A DNA stretch of 64,000 nucleotides from Dehalococcoidia bacterium (GTDB lineage: Bacteria; Chloroflexota; Dehalococcoidia; Lucifugimonadales; GCA-2712585). The notes beneath the pieces were generated by a model that saw only the letters and a list, made by a program, of their open reading frames with translations, had not been told where the DNA came from and searched no databases. Positions 43,323 through 53,363 of this stretch are shown piece after piece (position 1 is the stretch's first letter; each line of letters opens with the position of its first letter). A program made the position numbers and the translations under genes. The DNA lies in contig CBDBPI010000001.1 in the NCBI GenBank assembly GCA_965208725.1, forward strand, positions 668,687-732,686, in the 5' to 3' direction.

Positions 43323-43661
43323 ATGGAATACGCAATTTTCAAATCGGGCGGCAAGCAGTACCGGGTCTCTCCCGGGGACGTTATCGACGTGGACAAGCTG
43401 GCGGTGGAGCCCGGCGCGGAGATTGAGCTTGACGAGGTGCTCGCCTTCAGCAAGGACGGCGAGGTCAGCATCGGCAGGCCGGTCCTCGACGGCGTGAAGG
43501 TCATCGCCCACGTTCAGGAGCAGTACCGGGACAAGAAGATCCGGGTGTTCAAGTACAAGCCGAAGACTCGATATCGCCGGATGAGGGGGCATCGTCAGCC
43601 CTACACCCGGCTGCAGATTGTCGAGCTAGCCCGGGACCAGGAGGAAACCGATGGCTCATAA
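43323..43661 (+). CDS. rplU: 50S ribosomal protein L21
   Basis: [26 protein letters not shown]... Confidence 0.92.
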   Translation: MEYAIFKSGGKQYRVSPGDVIDVDKLAVEPGAEIELDEVLAFSKDGEVSIGRPVLDGVKVIAHVQEQYRDKKIRVFKYKPKTRYRRMRGHRQPYTRLQIVELARDQEETDGS

Positions 43662-43914
43662 GAAGGCGGGCGGAAGCTCCCGCAACGGCCGGAACAGCCC
43701 AGGCCAGCGTTTGGGCGTCAAGAAGTTCGGCGGAGAGAGGGTCATCGCCGGCAACATCATCATGCGCCAGCGGGGCACCAAGATTATGCCGGGCCGAAAC
43801 GTGGGCATGGGCAAGGACCACACCCTCTTTTCCCTCATCGACGGCGCCGTGACGTACGAGTGGGCCTCGAAGGGCAAGCGGCGCGCGAGCGTCTATCCCC
43901 TCGAGGTTGCATAG
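43651..43914 (+). CDS. rpmA: 50S ribosomal protein L27
   Basis: [28 protein letters not shown]... Confidence 0.93.
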   Translation: MAHKKAGGSSRNGRNSPGQRLGVKKFGGERVIAGNIIMRQRGTKIMPGRNVGMGKDHTLFSLIDGAVTYEWASKGKRRASVYPLEVA

Positions 43915-43923
43915 GTCAGAGCC

Positions 43924-44130
43924 ATGAAGAAGGATATTCATCCCACCTTCTACCGCGACACCGTGGTCACCTGCTCCTGCGGCAACGTGTTTACCACCGG
44001 CGCCACCAAGCAGGCCCTGCGGGTGGAGCTGTGTAACAAGTGCCACCCCTTCTACACAGGCGAGCAGCGCATCGTGGACACGGAGGGTCGCGTTGAGCGA
44101 CTCCGACGTCGGTTTGGCCTCAAGGCCTAG
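43924..44130 (+). CDS. rpmE: 50S ribosomal protein L31 (Zn-ribbon type)
   Basis: [10 protein letters not shown]...CSCGN...[10 protein letters not shown]. Confidence 0.92.
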   Translation: MKKDIHPTFYRDTVVTCSCGNVFTTGATKQALRVELCNKCHPFYTGEQRIVDTEGRVERLRRRFGLKA

Positions 44131-44183
44131 CAAAACGCCGCCGACCATTTTCCCAGCCGGTCAACACGCCAGCGAGTTAAGCC

Positions 44184-45167
44184 TTGGATAAGCCACGCGC
44201 CGTATACGGCGGACAGGCCGTCATAGAAGGGGTGATGATTCGCGGCCAGCGTTTCTTCAGCCTGGCAGTTCGAAGGCTCGACGGCACAATCTACCGCACC
44301 GCCGAACCCCTGAGCACCTTCTATACGGGAAAGCTGCGCGGCATACCCCTGCTTCGGGGCGTGGTGGTGCTGGCCGAGACCCTGGTGCTGGGGATGAAAG
44401 TCCTAAGCCGGTCCGCCAACATCGCCGTGGAGGACCAGACCCAGGGGGAGCAGAAGGAGCTGGGCGGATGGGTGCTGTTCCTGTCGCTGGGCATTTCGCT
44501 GATGGTGGGCATCGGGATTTTCTTTCTGCTGCCTCTTTTCGCCGCCCGGTCGCTGGACATCTGGATTGCCCCAGGCCCGCTGGGTGACTTCGTCAGCAAC
44601 TTCGTGGAGGGGCTGCTGCGTCTGGCGCTTCTGGTGGGGTACATCGCCCTCATCGGGCTGATGAAGGACATCAAGCGGGTATTCGCCTACCACGGGGCAG
44701 AGCACATGACCATCCACGCATACGAACGGGGACTGCCTCTAAACGTTGATAACATCCGCCCCTTTTCGACGGCCCATCCCCGATGCGGCACGGCTTTTCT
44801 GCTGACAGTGGGAGTGGTGGCGATATTCATCTTCTCGCTGCTGGGTAGACCTGACATCTACTGGGCGATTCTATCGCGGATACTGCTGATTCCCGTGATT
44901 GCCGGGGCGAGCTACGAGGTCATCCGATTTGCGGGACTGCGACAGGGCAACCCCATCTCCACCATTCTGTCGGCGCCGGGGATGGCCCTGCAGCGCTTGA
45001 CGACGCGGCGTCCCGACGACGACCAGATTGAGGTGGCGATTGTGGCGATGAACGCCACCTTGGAGGCGGATGAAGGGCGGAAGGAAGGGCCTACAGCGAA
45101 CGGTGTTGTCGGGAGTGAGGTTAACCCCCATCCCAACCTTCCCCCATCAGAGAGGGAAGAGGCTTAA
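44184..45167 (+). CDS. DUF1385 domain-containing membrane protein (YqhQ-like)
   Basis: 327 aa with YGGQAVIEGVMIRG and the YHGAEHMTIHAYE motif, in the typical position after rpmE. The last ~14 codons are supplied by a REP-like element. Confidence 0.8.
   Translation: MDKPRAVYGGQAVIEGVMIRGQRFFSLAVRRLDGTIYRTAEPLSTFYTGKLRGIPLLRGVVVLAETLVLGMKVLSRSANIAVEDQTQGEQKELGGWVLFLSLGISLMVGIGIFFLLPLFAARSLDIWIAPGPLGDFVSNFVEGLLRLALLVGYIALIGLMKDIKRVFAYHGAEHMTIHAYERGLPLNVDNIRPFSTAHPRCGTAFLLTVGVVAIFIFSLLGRPDIYWAILSRILLIPVIAGASYEVIRFAGLRQGNPISTILSAPGMALQRLTTRRPDDDQIEVAIVAMNATLEADEGRKEGPTANGVVGSEVNPHPNLPPSEREEA
45124..45162. repeat. REP-like element, copy 3 (degenerate right arm)
   Basis: acccccatcccaaCCTTCCCCCatcagagaGGGAAGAGG. 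It lies inside the 3-prime end of the DUF1385 ORF and encodes ...NPHPNLPPSEREEA*. Confidence 0.45.
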
Positions 45168-45176
45168 CGAAGCAGT

Positions 45177-45803
45177 CTAACCCCTGCGCTTTCGGAGCAC
45201 GTCCCAGACCTGCTGGGGCTTCACGTCGGAGGCCGCCATGAGCACCAGGGTGTGGTAGAGCAGGTCGGCGACCTCTTCAGGCAGATTGTCCACGTTGCCC
45301 TGGGCGGCGGCGATGGCCGTCTCGCCCGCTTCCTCCGTTACCTTCTGAGCTACGCGCCCGATGCCCTCGGCGAGAAGTTCCGACGTGTAGCTTCCCTCGG
45401 GCATTCGCTGCTTCCTGTCCCGAATGACGGCGTATAACTCATCGAGGACGCCGGAACCGGGATCGGAGCGGGTGAATTCGGCGGGTTCCGGCACGCCTTC
45501 TAGGGGGGTGAAGAAGCAGGAGTCATTTTGTGTGTGGCACGTGGGGCCGTCGGGCACTACCTTCAGCAGAAGGGTATCGCCGTCGCAGTCCACCCAGGCT
45601 TCTCGCAGATTGAGATAGTTGCCGGAGACCTCCCCCTTGTGCCACAGGTCCTCGCGGCTACGGCTGTAGAACCAGACCTGGATGCCCTCCACGGTACGCT
45701 TGAGGGAGCCGGGGTTCATATAGCCGAGCATGAGCACCTTGCCGGTGTTGATGTCCTGGGCTATGGCGGGGATGAGCCCCTGTTTATCGAGTTTAAGTGT
45801 CAT
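45177..45803 (-). CDS. hisIE: bifunctional phosphoribosyl-AMP cyclohydrolase / phosphoribosyl-ATP pyrophosphatase
   Basis: 208 aa. HisI part: LIPAIAQD...VWFYSRSR..LWHKGE.SG...VDCDGD. HisE part: LYAVIRDRK...SYT..LL..G...I.QKV.EEA.E. Confidence 0.9.
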   Translation of the reverse strand: MTLKLDKQGLIPAIAQDINTGKVLMLGYMNPGSLKRTVEGIQVWFYSRSREDLWHKGEVSGNYLNLREAWVDCDGDTLLLKVVPDGPTCHTQNDSCFFTPLEGVPEPAEFTRSDPGSGVLDELYAVIRDRKQRMPEGSYTSELLAEGIGRVAQKVTEEAGETAIAAAQGNVDNLPEEVADLLYHTLVLMAASDVKPQQVWDVLRKRRG

Positions 45804-45835
45804 TTCTTTACCTCCGGATGATACGGCTGTCGCCT

Positions 45836-46552
45836 CTAGCTCCAGCCTTCCAGGATTGCGGGAAGCTGGGCGAGGCTGGTTATCTGGTAGTCGGGCTGGG
45901 GTTGGTCATCGGCGATGATCTTGCCATCGCGGTTGATCCATACGGCGTTCATACCCACGCCCTTGGCCCCGAGAACATCGTCGAAGGGGTTGTCGCCCAC
46001 GTAGACGGTCTCATGGGGTTCAAGGTCCAGCGCCTTCAGGACGCGCAGAAATGGAAGCGGGTGGGGCTTGTATGCGCCGATCATCTCCGATGACAGGACG
46101 ACGGGGAAGGTGAGGCCGATGCGTTTCAGTTGAGGCAGCAGATAATCGTCGTCCGCGTTCGAGAGGATTGCCGTAGTCCAGCGGCGCTGGAGGGTGGCGA
46201 TGGTCTCGGCAACTTCGGGGTAGGCGTCGCGCTCACCCATCGAGATGATGGACTCTCTGCCGGCGCGGTAAGCGTCGGCGTCGAGACCACGGTGGGCGAA
46301 GACCGCGGCGAAGCAGTCCCGCCACGCTTCTTCATAGCTCTTGAAGGGCGGGCTGTTGTAGGGGTCGTCCATGTTCAGCCGGTCCTTGCGGAACTGCACT
46401 TCCAGGGCCTTCCATTCGTCGTAGAGGGTTTGGTGGTCGAGGGGCAGGTTATTGGAGCGGCAAACGCCTTCGAAGACGTCCATCCAGCCCTCGATGGGGT
46501 TGGAGACGAGGGTCTCGTACATATCGAACACGACGGCCTTTATCTTGGTCAT
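45836..46552 (-). CDS. HAD-superfamily hydrolase
   Basis: 238 aa with VVFDMYETL (DxD/E motif I), SN (motif II) and YVGDNPFDDVLGAKGVGM (motif III/IV). Confidence 0.8.
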   Translation of the reverse strand: MTKIKAVVFDMYETLVSNPIEGWMDVFEGVCRSNNLPLDHQTLYDEWKALEVQFRKDRLNMDDPYNSPPFKSYEEAWRDCFAAVFAHRGLDADAYRAGRESIISMGERDAYPEVAETIATLQRRWTTAILSNADDDYLLPQLKRIGLTFPVVLSSEMIGAYKPHPLPFLRVLKALDLEPHETVYVGDNPFDDVLGAKGVGMNAVWINRDGKIIADDQPQPDYQITSLAQLPAILEGWS

Positions 46553-46574
46553 TTTTCTCCTTGTTCCAGAGATA

Positions 46575-47360
46575 TCACGGCATCACGGGTCTTATGGGGA
46601 CGCCCCGTTCGGCCAGGTACTCCTTGACGTGGGCTATGGAGTATACGCCGAAATGGAAGATGCTGGCGGCGAGGACGGCGTCGGCCTTCCCGAGACGGAT
46701 GGCGTCTAGGAGATGGTGGGGCGCGCCGGCGCCGCCGCTTGCGACGACGGGGACGGAGGCAGCTTCGGAGATGGCGCGGCTAAGTTCCAGGTCGTAGCCG
46801 CCCTGGGTGCCGTCACTGTCCATGCTGTTGACGACAATTTCGCCTGCGCCCAGCTCGGTGGCGCGGACGGCCCACTCCAGGGCGTCCAGCCCAGCGTCGT
46901 CACCGCCGTCATGTCCGGTGCGGACGCGAACTTTCCAGCGGGGAGGGGAGCTTTCGGGGACGCGGAGAGCGTCCAGGCCAAGGACTATGCACTGACTGCC
47001 GAAGGCCCATGCGCCGTCGGAGATGAGGCGGGGATTCTCGACGGCGGCGGTGTTGATGGAGACCTTGTCGGCGCCCGCCTTCAGCATAAGCCGCATGTCG
47101 TCAACAGTGCGAAGGCCCCCACCAACGGTCAGAGGAATGAAGACCTGGTCGGCGGTGCGGGAGACCACGTTGAGCATGATGCTGCGGCCCTCGGCGGAGG
47201 CGGTGATATCGTAGAAGACAAGCTCGTCCGCCCCCTCGGCGTCGTAGAAGGCGGAGAGGGCGACGGGGTCGCCGGCGTCCACGTGGTCAAGGAATTTTAC
47301 GCCTTTGACCACACGGCCTGCTTTAACATCCAGGCAGGGAATGATGCGCTTGGTCAGCAT
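46575..47360 (-). CDS. hisF: imidazole glycerol phosphate synthase cyclase subunit
   Basis: 261 aa with [41 protein letters not shown] and AASIFHFG. Confidence 0.93.
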   Translation of the reverse strand: MLTKRIIPCLDVKAGRVVKGVKFLDHVDAGDPVALSAFYDAEGADELVFYDITASAEGRSIMLNVVSRTADQVFIPLTVGGGLRTVDDMRLMLKAGADKVSINTAAVENPRLISDGAWAFGSQCIVLGLDALRVPESSPPRWKVRVRTGHDGGDDAGLDALEWAVRATELGAGEIVVNSMDSDGTQGGYDLELSRAISEAASVPVVASGGAGAPHHLLDAIRLGKADAVLAASIFHFGVYSIAHVKEYLAERGVPIRPVMP

Positions 47361-47366
47361 GGTAAC

Positions 47367-47918
47367 TTAAGGGCGCCTCTTGAAGAGGAGCATGTACTGG
47401 GAGCCGGGCAGTTCCCACCGGCGCAGGAAGCGGAATCCGGCGTTTCTGGCTAGGGACATCATCTCCTCCGGCTCGATGCGCTTTTCCAAAGGCGGGCCGT
47501 GCTCCGTTTCGACGCGGTACCACTCCAGAATGCAGCACCAACCGGAGGGCTTGAGGGTCTCCGCTGCCACCTTCAGAAATGCGTCACGGTCGTCGGGGTA
47601 GTGGACTACATACGCGAGAAGCATTCCGTCAAGGGAGCGGGGGGCAAGGCCGAGGTCAACGCCGTCGGTCTTGATAGCCTCAACGTTGCCGAGGGGCACG
47701 GCGTCGACGCGGCGCTTTAGGGCCTCCAGCATCTCGTCGTCCACGTCCACGGCGTAGAGGCGGCCATGGGACAAATACTTGGCGAGGGGCAGGGAAAAAT
47801 AACCGGGGCCGCAGCCCACGTCGGCAACGTGATGGTAAGGATCGATTGGGAGGCGGGTCAGAAGCTCATAGGGATCGGGGCGCTCCGAGGAAAGGAGGGC
47901 CCGGATGAAATCCTGCAT
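47367..47918 (-). CDS. class I SAM-dependent methyltransferase
   Basis: VADVGCGPGYFSLPLA motif I. Start set at ATG 47918 (MQDFIRAL) so that it does not overlap the mscS-like gene. Confidence 0.75.
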   Translation of the reverse strand: MQDFIRALLSSERPDPYELLTRLPIDPYHHVADVGCGPGYFSLPLAKYLSHGRLYAVDVDDEMLEALKRRVDAVPLGNVEAIKTDGVDLGLAPRSLDGMLLAYVVHYPDDRDAFLKVAAETLKPSGWCCILEWYRVETEHGPPLEKRIEPEEMMSLARNAGFRFLRRWELPGSQYMLLFKRRP

Positions 47919-47928
47919 GGAGTCGGGG

Positions 47929-49170
47929 TTATTCTCCAACGCCGTCTCCGTCGCCGGGGCCCGCCGTGTCGGAGGCGCCCGTTTTACCGGCAATCGAATT
48001 CCCCTGTTGGCTCGCCGCCCTCTGCGGAGCGGGTCTGCCATAGCCGGGGTTCTCGCCCGGCCCCCAGTAGACGGTCATGTGTGGGAAGGGGATCTCGATG
48101 CCTTCGTCGTCGAAAACCCTCTTGATGCGGCGGCGGAATTCTCCCGCGACGGCCCACTGCTCCATTGGCACGGTCTCGCCCATCACTTTGATGGCAATGC
48201 CGGAAGCGCCAAACTCCTGCACCCGCATTGCCTTCAGCGGGTCGGTAATCTTCGGCGCCCATTCGGGGTCGGCGGAAATCTCCGCTCCCACCCGGTCGAT
48301 TATCGCCATTACCTCGTCCAGGTCCTCCTTGTATGCGACTTCGATGTCCAGGTTAACGCGGGACTTCTCCTTGGTGTAGTTGCTGGCAATACCAATTTCG
48401 CCGTTGGGGATGATGTGCTGGTTCATGTGGAAGTCGCGGAGGGTGGTGCGTCGAAGGTTGATGTCTTCGATTATGCCGACGACGCCGGCGAGCTGGGCCA
48501 CGTCCCCAACGCGAAACTGGTCCTCCATCATGATGAAAACGCCGGCGAAGATGTCCTTGATGATGTTTTGCGCGCCGAAGCCGATGGCGATGCCGGCCAC
48601 ACCGGCCCCTGCGATGAGAGGCGCGATGTTTACTCCAAGCTCCGAAAGGACCATGAAGAAGGCCATGGCAAAGATAATGGACGAGAGTGTATTGGAGACC
48701 ACGCTCTGAAGTGTCTGGGTGCGGCGCTGCACTTCCGGGGAGTCGATGTCTTCGTGGACTCGATGGGCCAGATACTGCTCGATGATGGGAGAGGTGAGAC
48801 GGCTGACGAAACGGATGGCCAGGAAAGCGACGATTACTATGATGCTGACGGTGAAGGTCCTGCCCAACAGCCACCGGCCCGCCGTAGCGCCGCCGCTCTC
48901 CGCGTTGTCGAGGACTCCGCTCATGTCGGTGCCAAGCTGGCTGGCGACGGTGAAGGCTGCTGCGGTAACGATGATGATGCCAAGGACCGCCTCGACGAAC
49001 CGCGCTATGGGCTTCACCAGGCTGGACTGGTCCGCGGGGATGATGTCGTCCATCCACCGGAGAAAGCCAAGCAGGTAGCGGGGGACGACGAAGTGGGAAA
49101 CGGCGAGGGCCACCATCGTAAGGACGAGGGTGGCGATGATGACGAATAGGGCTTCGTTTGAGATGTCCAT
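47929..49170 (-). CDS. mechanosensitive ion channel (MscS family) protein
   Basis: 413 aa with N-terminal TMS, GAQNIIKDIFAGVFIMMEDQFRVGD (the MscS pore/beta-domain signature) and a soluble C-terminal domain. Confidence 0.85.
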   Translation of the reverse strand: MDISNEALFVIIATLVLTMVALAVSHFVVPRYLLGFLRWMDDIIPADQSSLVKPIARFVEAVLGIIIVTAAAFTVASQLGTDMSGVLDNAESGGATAGRWLLGRTFTVSIIVIVAFLAIRFVSRLTSPIIEQYLAHRVHEDIDSPEVQRRTQTLQSVVSNTLSSIIFAMAFFMVLSELGVNIAPLIAGAGVAGIAIGFGAQNIIKDIFAGVFIMMEDQFRVGDVAQLAGVVGIIEDINLRRTTLRDFHMNQHIIPNGEIGIASNYTKEKSRVNLDIEVAYKEDLDEVMAIIDRVGAEISADPEWAPKITDPLKAMRVQEFGASGIAIKVMGETVPMEQWAVAGEFRRRIKRVFDDEGIEIPFPHMTVYWGPGENPGYGRPAPQRAASQQGNSIAGKTGASDTAGPGDGDGVGE

Positions 49171-49336
49171 GTAGTATCAGCTAGCTAAGGATTCTGGGGC
49201 GAATTACCAGAAGTCAATTTTACCAGCGTTGGGGCTGGGCCGTCATCCGGTGGGGGTCTGGGTGCCGTGTCGTAGGGCCATCGGATACTGAAAAAGGAGA
49301 GCAGAATCGAGGTTAAAGTGGGAATGGACACCCCCT

Positions 49337-49660
49337 TCAGGCCGATACGGGTTCCTTCTCCTCCACATTGGCTCGACGCCTCAACATCAGTTCAAATCCG
49401 AGAGCCCTTATGATTCGCAACACTACGGAGAATCCCGGCCGCTTTCCTTCAGACAGGGTCTTGTATAGCGCGTCCCGGCTTATTCCGGCTTCCCGCGCAA
49501 GTCGGCTCATGTTGCGCTTGCGAGCTATGGCGCTCAGACCCGCCAAAATCAGACGTCCGTCCCCCTCGTCCTCGTCCATGCATGCTTCCAAATAGAACAT
49601 CGCATCCTCCTCAGTCTTCAGAGAATCCGCTGCATCCCATTTCGCAAAAGTCTCTCCCAT
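49337..49660 (-). CDS. addiction-module antidote protein (HigA-type HTH antitoxin)
   Basis: 107 aa with ...LSAIARKRNMSRLAREAGISRDALYKTLS... (HTH), immediately downstream of the toxin gene. Confidence 0.75.
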   Translation of the reverse strand: MGETFAKWDAADSLKTEEDAMFYLEACMDEDEGDGRLILAGLSAIARKRNMSRLAREAGISRDALYKTLSEGKRPGFSVVLRIIRALGFELMLRRRANVEEKEPVSA

Positions 49661-49664
49661 TTGG

Positions 49665-49964
49665 CTATCTCCTTTCCCTTGCTATACGTTTTGCCAACCG
49701 GATGTCCCGGGCTTGGCTGTCCTTGTCGCCGCCGCAAAGCAAGACAACAACATACCGGCTCTCACGCATATAATAGAGACGATATCCAGGCCCATAGCCA
49801 ACGCGCATTTCGCTTACCCCATCCCCCACCGACCGCATGTCTCCGAAGTGGCCATGTTCAAGCCTCTGCAATCTGGAGTTTATCCTGGCTACGGCTCTCC
49901 TGTCCCTCAGTCCATCCAACCATCGCTGGAAAGTAGCACTCCTGAGTATCTCTATTGTATCCAA
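49665..49964 (-). CDS. addiction-module killer protein (RelE/HigB superfamily toxin)
   Basis: 99 aa with F.RWLDGLRD..A.ARINSRLQRLE.GHFGD.RSVGDGVSEMRV.YGPGYRLYY...VVVLLCGGDK. Confidence 0.75.
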   Translation of the reverse strand: MDTIEILRSATFQRWLDGLRDRRAVARINSRLQRLEHGHFGDMRSVGDGVSEMRVGYGPGYRLYYMRESRYVVVLLCGGDKDSQARDIRLAKRIARERR

Positions 49965-50023
49965 GTTGTACGCAATAGATTACACAATGTCAAGGTTTGA
50001 TGGGAGCGTATGCAAGGCGGGGT

Positions 50024-50710
50024 TTACCGGTTGATGGTGCCTATAGTGACCTTGGTCATCGGGTCGGGTCGCTCGGCTCGGCACTGGGAGATTGTGCGAC
50101 CCTTGGCAATTTCTCCACGGACCCACTCTTCCCAGGCCTCCTTTTCCTGAACAAAAGCCAGGTGTGCTGCGGCCTCCTCAGGCGAGGCCACAAGAACGCC
50201 GTCATCGTCTCCGAAGACCATGTCGCCGGGGTTGACGACAACGCCGCCAACATTTACGGGAACGTTCACCCCGCCCCACTCGATCCCCCAACCGCCCGTC
50301 TTGCCCGTCATGGCGACGGCGCCGCGGGAGAAGACCGGGAACTGCATCCGTTCGATGGCGGCGCGGTCCGCTATGGGGCCGTCGGTCACCATTCCGGCGA
50401 TGCCGACTTCCATGTAGCCCAGACAGCCGATTTCCCCAGTGGTGGCGTGTCGATATTCGTCGCCGCGGGCGATGACAAGCACGTCACCGGGTCGGGCGAT
50501 TTTCAGGGCCTCAGCGACGGCGGAGGTTATCTGAGGGTAGGTCTGGACGGTCAGGGCTGTGCCGACCAGCTTGATTGGCCGCCAGACGGGCTGGATGGAC
50601 GACTCCATGGCAGTTTCGAGGATGTGTCCGAGGGTCGCGGGGGCGAGTTTCTGGTAGGCGGCCACCAGGTCGGGGTCAACGGGGGGTGGCGAGGGGTTAA
50701 CTTCTATCAT
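50024..50710 (-). CDS. RraA-family protein (HMG/CHA aldolase / regulator of RNase E activity A fold)
   Basis: 228 aa from MIEVNP, with GDVLVIA...G....G and DGVLV motifs. The longer ORF-track version (to 51193) runs antisense into acs. Confidence 0.7.
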   Translation of the reverse strand: MIEVNPSPPPVDPDLVAAYQKLAPATLGHILETAMESSIQPVWRPIKLVGTALTVQTYPQITSAVAEALKIARPGDVLVIARGDEYRHATTGEIGCLGYMEVGIAGMVTDGPIADRAAIERMQFPVFSRGAVAMTGKTGGWGIEWGGVNVPVNVGGVVVNPGDMVFGDDDGVLVASPEEAAAHLAFVQEKEAWEEWVRGEIAKGRTISQCRAERPDPMTKVTIGTINR

Positions 50711-50839
50711 GCAATGCTCCTGCTTTTGGAGAAACTTTGGGTGTCCGGGTGCATGATACCACCGAAGAGGGATCGTGTTTACTAGAGTGGGGGTTTGTGT
50801 TAAAAATTCTGCAAGTCCAACTAACGCCGGAGGTTTCCC

Positions 50840-52795
50840 ATGGCCGAAATCAGTCCAAGCATCGAAGCCCTTCTCAGCGAAGAAAGGCGCTTTCCACCTT
50901 CCCAGGAGTTCATCGACCAGGCGAACGTCAGTGACCCGGAAGTTTACGAACGCGCCGACGCCGACTACGAGGGGTTCTGGGAAAGTTGGGCGGAGGAGCT
51001 TCACTGGTTCGAGAAGTGGGACAGGGTGCTGCAGTGGGACCCCCCCTTCGCCCAGTGGTTCCTTGGCGGAAAGACCAACATCTCCTACAACTGCCTGGAC
51101 CGTCACCTTGAAGGGGCGCGGCGGAACAAGGCGGCGATCGTCTGGGAGGGGGAGCCGGGGGACTGGCAGGTGTACACCTACGCTGACCTGCACCGGGAGG
51201 TGTGCCGCTTCGCCAACGGGCTGAAGAGCTTGGGAGTGAAGAAGGGTGACAGGATTACGCTATACATGCCGATGATACCGGAGCTTGCCATCGCCATGCT
51301 TGCTTGCGCCCGCATAGGGGCGCCCCACAGCATCGTCTTCGGCGGGTTCAGCCCGGAATCGCTGCGGGACAGGATAAACGACTGCAAGGGGACTATCGTC
51401 ATCACCGCCGACGGCGGCTACCGTCGCGGCGGCATCGTTCCGCTCAAGCAGAACACGGACGAGGCGCTGGAGGGGACGCCGACGGTGGAGAAGGTGGTGG
51501 TGGTCCAGCGGGTGGGCGACAAGTTCGAAGGGTCGATGCAGGAGGGTCGCGACATCTGGTGGCACGACTTGGTGGAGGGGCAGTCGCGGGTGTGTCCAGC
51601 CGAGCCTATGGACAGCGAGGACATGCTGTTCATCCTCTACACAAGCGGCACCACCGGCAAGCCTAAGGGTGTGGTGCACACCACCGGCGGCTACATGGTT
51701 GGCACCTACGCAACGGTGAAGTGGGTCTTCGACATGAAGGAGGAGGATGTCTACTGGTGCACGGCGGACATCGGCTGGGTTACCGGCCACAGCTACATCG
51801 TCTACGGGCCGCTGGCCAACGGCGCAACGTCGGTGATGTATGAAGGCGCGCCGGACTTCCCCGACAGGGACCGCTTCTGGGACATCGTGGAGAAGTATCG
51901 CGCAACCATCGTCTATACCGCGCCCACGGCCATTCGCGCCTGCATGAGATGGGGAGAGGAGCACCCGAAGAAGCACGACCTGTCGTCTGTGCGGCTGCTG
52001 GGCACGGTGGGAGAGCCCATCAACCCGGAGGCGTGGATGTGGTACCGGAAGAACATCGGCGGCGACCGGGTGCCGGTGGTGGATACCTGGTGGCAGACGG
52101 AGACGGGCAGCATTCTGATTACGCCGCTGCCCGGCATCACAAACCTGACCCCCGGCTCGGCCACCAGGCCCTTCCCGGGCATCAAGGCAGAGATCGTCGA
52201 CGAGAAGGGTGACCCCGTTGGGCCCGGACAAGGGGGCTACCTGGTGTTGAAGCGTCCGTGGCCCTCCATGCTTAGGACGATTTACGGTGACGACCAGCGA
52301 TACATCGACCAGTACTGGAGCCGCTACCCCAACATCTACTTCACCGGCGACGGGGCCAAGATGGACGAAAACGGCTTCTTCTGGATTCTGGGCAGGGTGG
52401 ACGACGTCATCAACGTGGCGGGGCATCGCATCAGCACCATGGAGGTGGAGAGCGCGCTGGTGGACCACAGCGCCGTGGCGGAGGCAGCGTCCATAGGCAA
52501 GAGCCACGAGGTGAAGGGGCAGGGGGTAGTGGCCTTCGTGACGCTTAAGGAGGGTATCGAAACGTCCGCCGAGATGGAGCAGGTGCTGAAGCAGCATGTG
52601 AGGACGAAGATTGGGGCCATAGCCCGTCCGGACGAGATCTACTTCGCAGCGGACCTGCCAAAGACTCGGAGCGGAAAGATCATGCGCCGGCTGCTGCGGG
52701 ACATCGCCGAGGGGCGAGTGCTGGGGGACACGACGACGCTGGCGGACCCGGCGGTGGTGGAGATGCTGAAGCAGCAGTACGACGAAGAAGAGTAA
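50840..52795 (+). CDS. acs: acetyl-CoA synthetase (AMP-forming)
   Basis: 651 aa with [19 protein letters not shown] and [13 protein letters not shown]. Confidence 0.95.
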   Translation: MAEISPSIEALLSEERRFPPSQEFIDQANVSDPEVYERADADYEGFWESWAEELHWFEKWDRVLQWDPPFAQWFLGGKTNISYNCLDRHLEGARRNKAAIVWEGEPGDWQVYTYADLHREVCRFANGLKSLGVKKGDRITLYMPMIPELAIAMLACARIGAPHSIVFGGFSPESLRDRINDCKGTIVITADGGYRRGGIVPLKQNTDEALEGTPTVEKVVVVQRVGDKFEGSMQEGRDIWWHDLVEGQSRVCPAEPMDSEDMLFILYTSGTTGKPKGVVHTTGGYMVGTYATVKWVFDMKEEDVYWCTADIGWVTGHSYIVYGPLANGATSVMYEGAPDFPDRDRFWDIVEKYRATIVYTAPTAIRACMRWGEEHPKKHDLSSVRLLGTVGEPINPEAWMWYRKNIGGDRVPVVDTWWQTETGSILITPLPGITNLTPGSATRPFPGIKAEIVDEKGDPVGPGQGGYLVLKRPWPSMLRTIYGDDQRYIDQYWSRYPNIYFTGDGAKMDENGFFWILGRVDDVINVAGHRISTMEVESALVDHSAVAEAASIGKSHEVKGQGVVAFVTLKEGIETSAEMEQVLKQHVRTKIGAIARPDEIYFAADLPKTRSGKIMRRLLRDIAEGRVLGDTTTLADPAVVEMLKQQYDEEE

Positions 52796-52832
52796 GGGAG
52801 AGTCTGTCGTCCAGATGCACTCCCCTTGTACG

Positions 52833-52862
52833 TAGACACGGGCAAGGAAATAAAGTCATAAT
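52833..52862 (+). promoter_or_regulatory. sigma70-like promoter (TAGACA-N18-CATAAT) for hicA-hicB
   Basis: Hexamers at 52833..52838 and 52857..52862, ~30 nt before the hicA TTG start. Confidence 0.4.
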
Positions 52863-52893
52863 ACAAGGAAGCGACAAATTCAAACGGCGCATC

Positions 52894-53103
52894 TTGAGTG
52901 GCCGTTCGGATGCCAACATAAGATTCAATGAGTTACGCACTTTCCTGTCACGACTTGGATTTACAGAAAGAATAAGGGGAAGCCATCACATCTTTAGATC
53001 GCCCGGACTTAGAGAGAAAATTATCTTGCAGCGAGATGGCAGTCACGCAAAGCCTTATCAGGTTAGGCAAGTAAGACGTTTACTTATGAAGCACTGGCTC
53101 TAG
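52894..53103 (+). CDS. hicA: type II toxin HicA (mRNA interferase)
   Basis: 69 aa with ...LRTFLSRLGFTERIRGSHHIFRSPG....ILQRDGSHAKPYQVRQV. TTG start. Confidence 0.8.
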   Translation: MSGRSDANIRFNELRTFLSRLGFTERIRGSHHIFRSPGLREKIILQRDGSHAKPYQVRQVRRLLMKHWL

Positions 53104-53116
53104 TAAGGAGACAACA

Positions 53117-53329
53117 ATGCACAAGTACGAGATAATCCTCTATTGGAGCAACGAGGACAAGGCATTCGTCGCGGAAGTTCCACAGTTGAGCGGATGCGCC
53201 GCTCACGGAGACACTTTTGAATCAGCGTTGGACAACATCAACCAGGCTGTGGAGTTGTGGATAGACACAGCGAAGGAGTTTGGCGACCCAATCCCTGAGC
53301 CTAAGGGTGAGCGCCTGATGCTAGCGTAA
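53117..53329 (+). CDS. hicB: type II antitoxin HicB
   Basis: 70 aa: YEIILYWSNEDKAFVAEVPQLSGCAAHGDTFESALDNINQAVELWID...G.PIPEP. Confidence 0.8.
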   Translation: MHKYEIILYWSNEDKAFVAEVPQLSGCAAHGDTFESALDNINQAVELWIDTAKEFGDPIPEPKGERLMLA

Positions 53330-53363
53330 CCAGGGCTTTCACCAAACAGTAGCGCTTACCACC

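Noticed and set aside
49385-49400. A GTTCAAATCC string resembles a tRNA T-loop.
   Set aside because: It lies inside the HigA-like coding sequence on the opposite strand. No acceptor or anticodon stems can be drawn around it, and I found no tRNA anywhere in the window.
50711-51193. An N-terminal 161-codon extension of the RraA-like ORF (the ORF track gives 389 aa).
   Set aside because: The extension runs antisense through the 5-prime part of acs and has no family similarity. The RraA fold begins at MIEVNP (ATG 50710).
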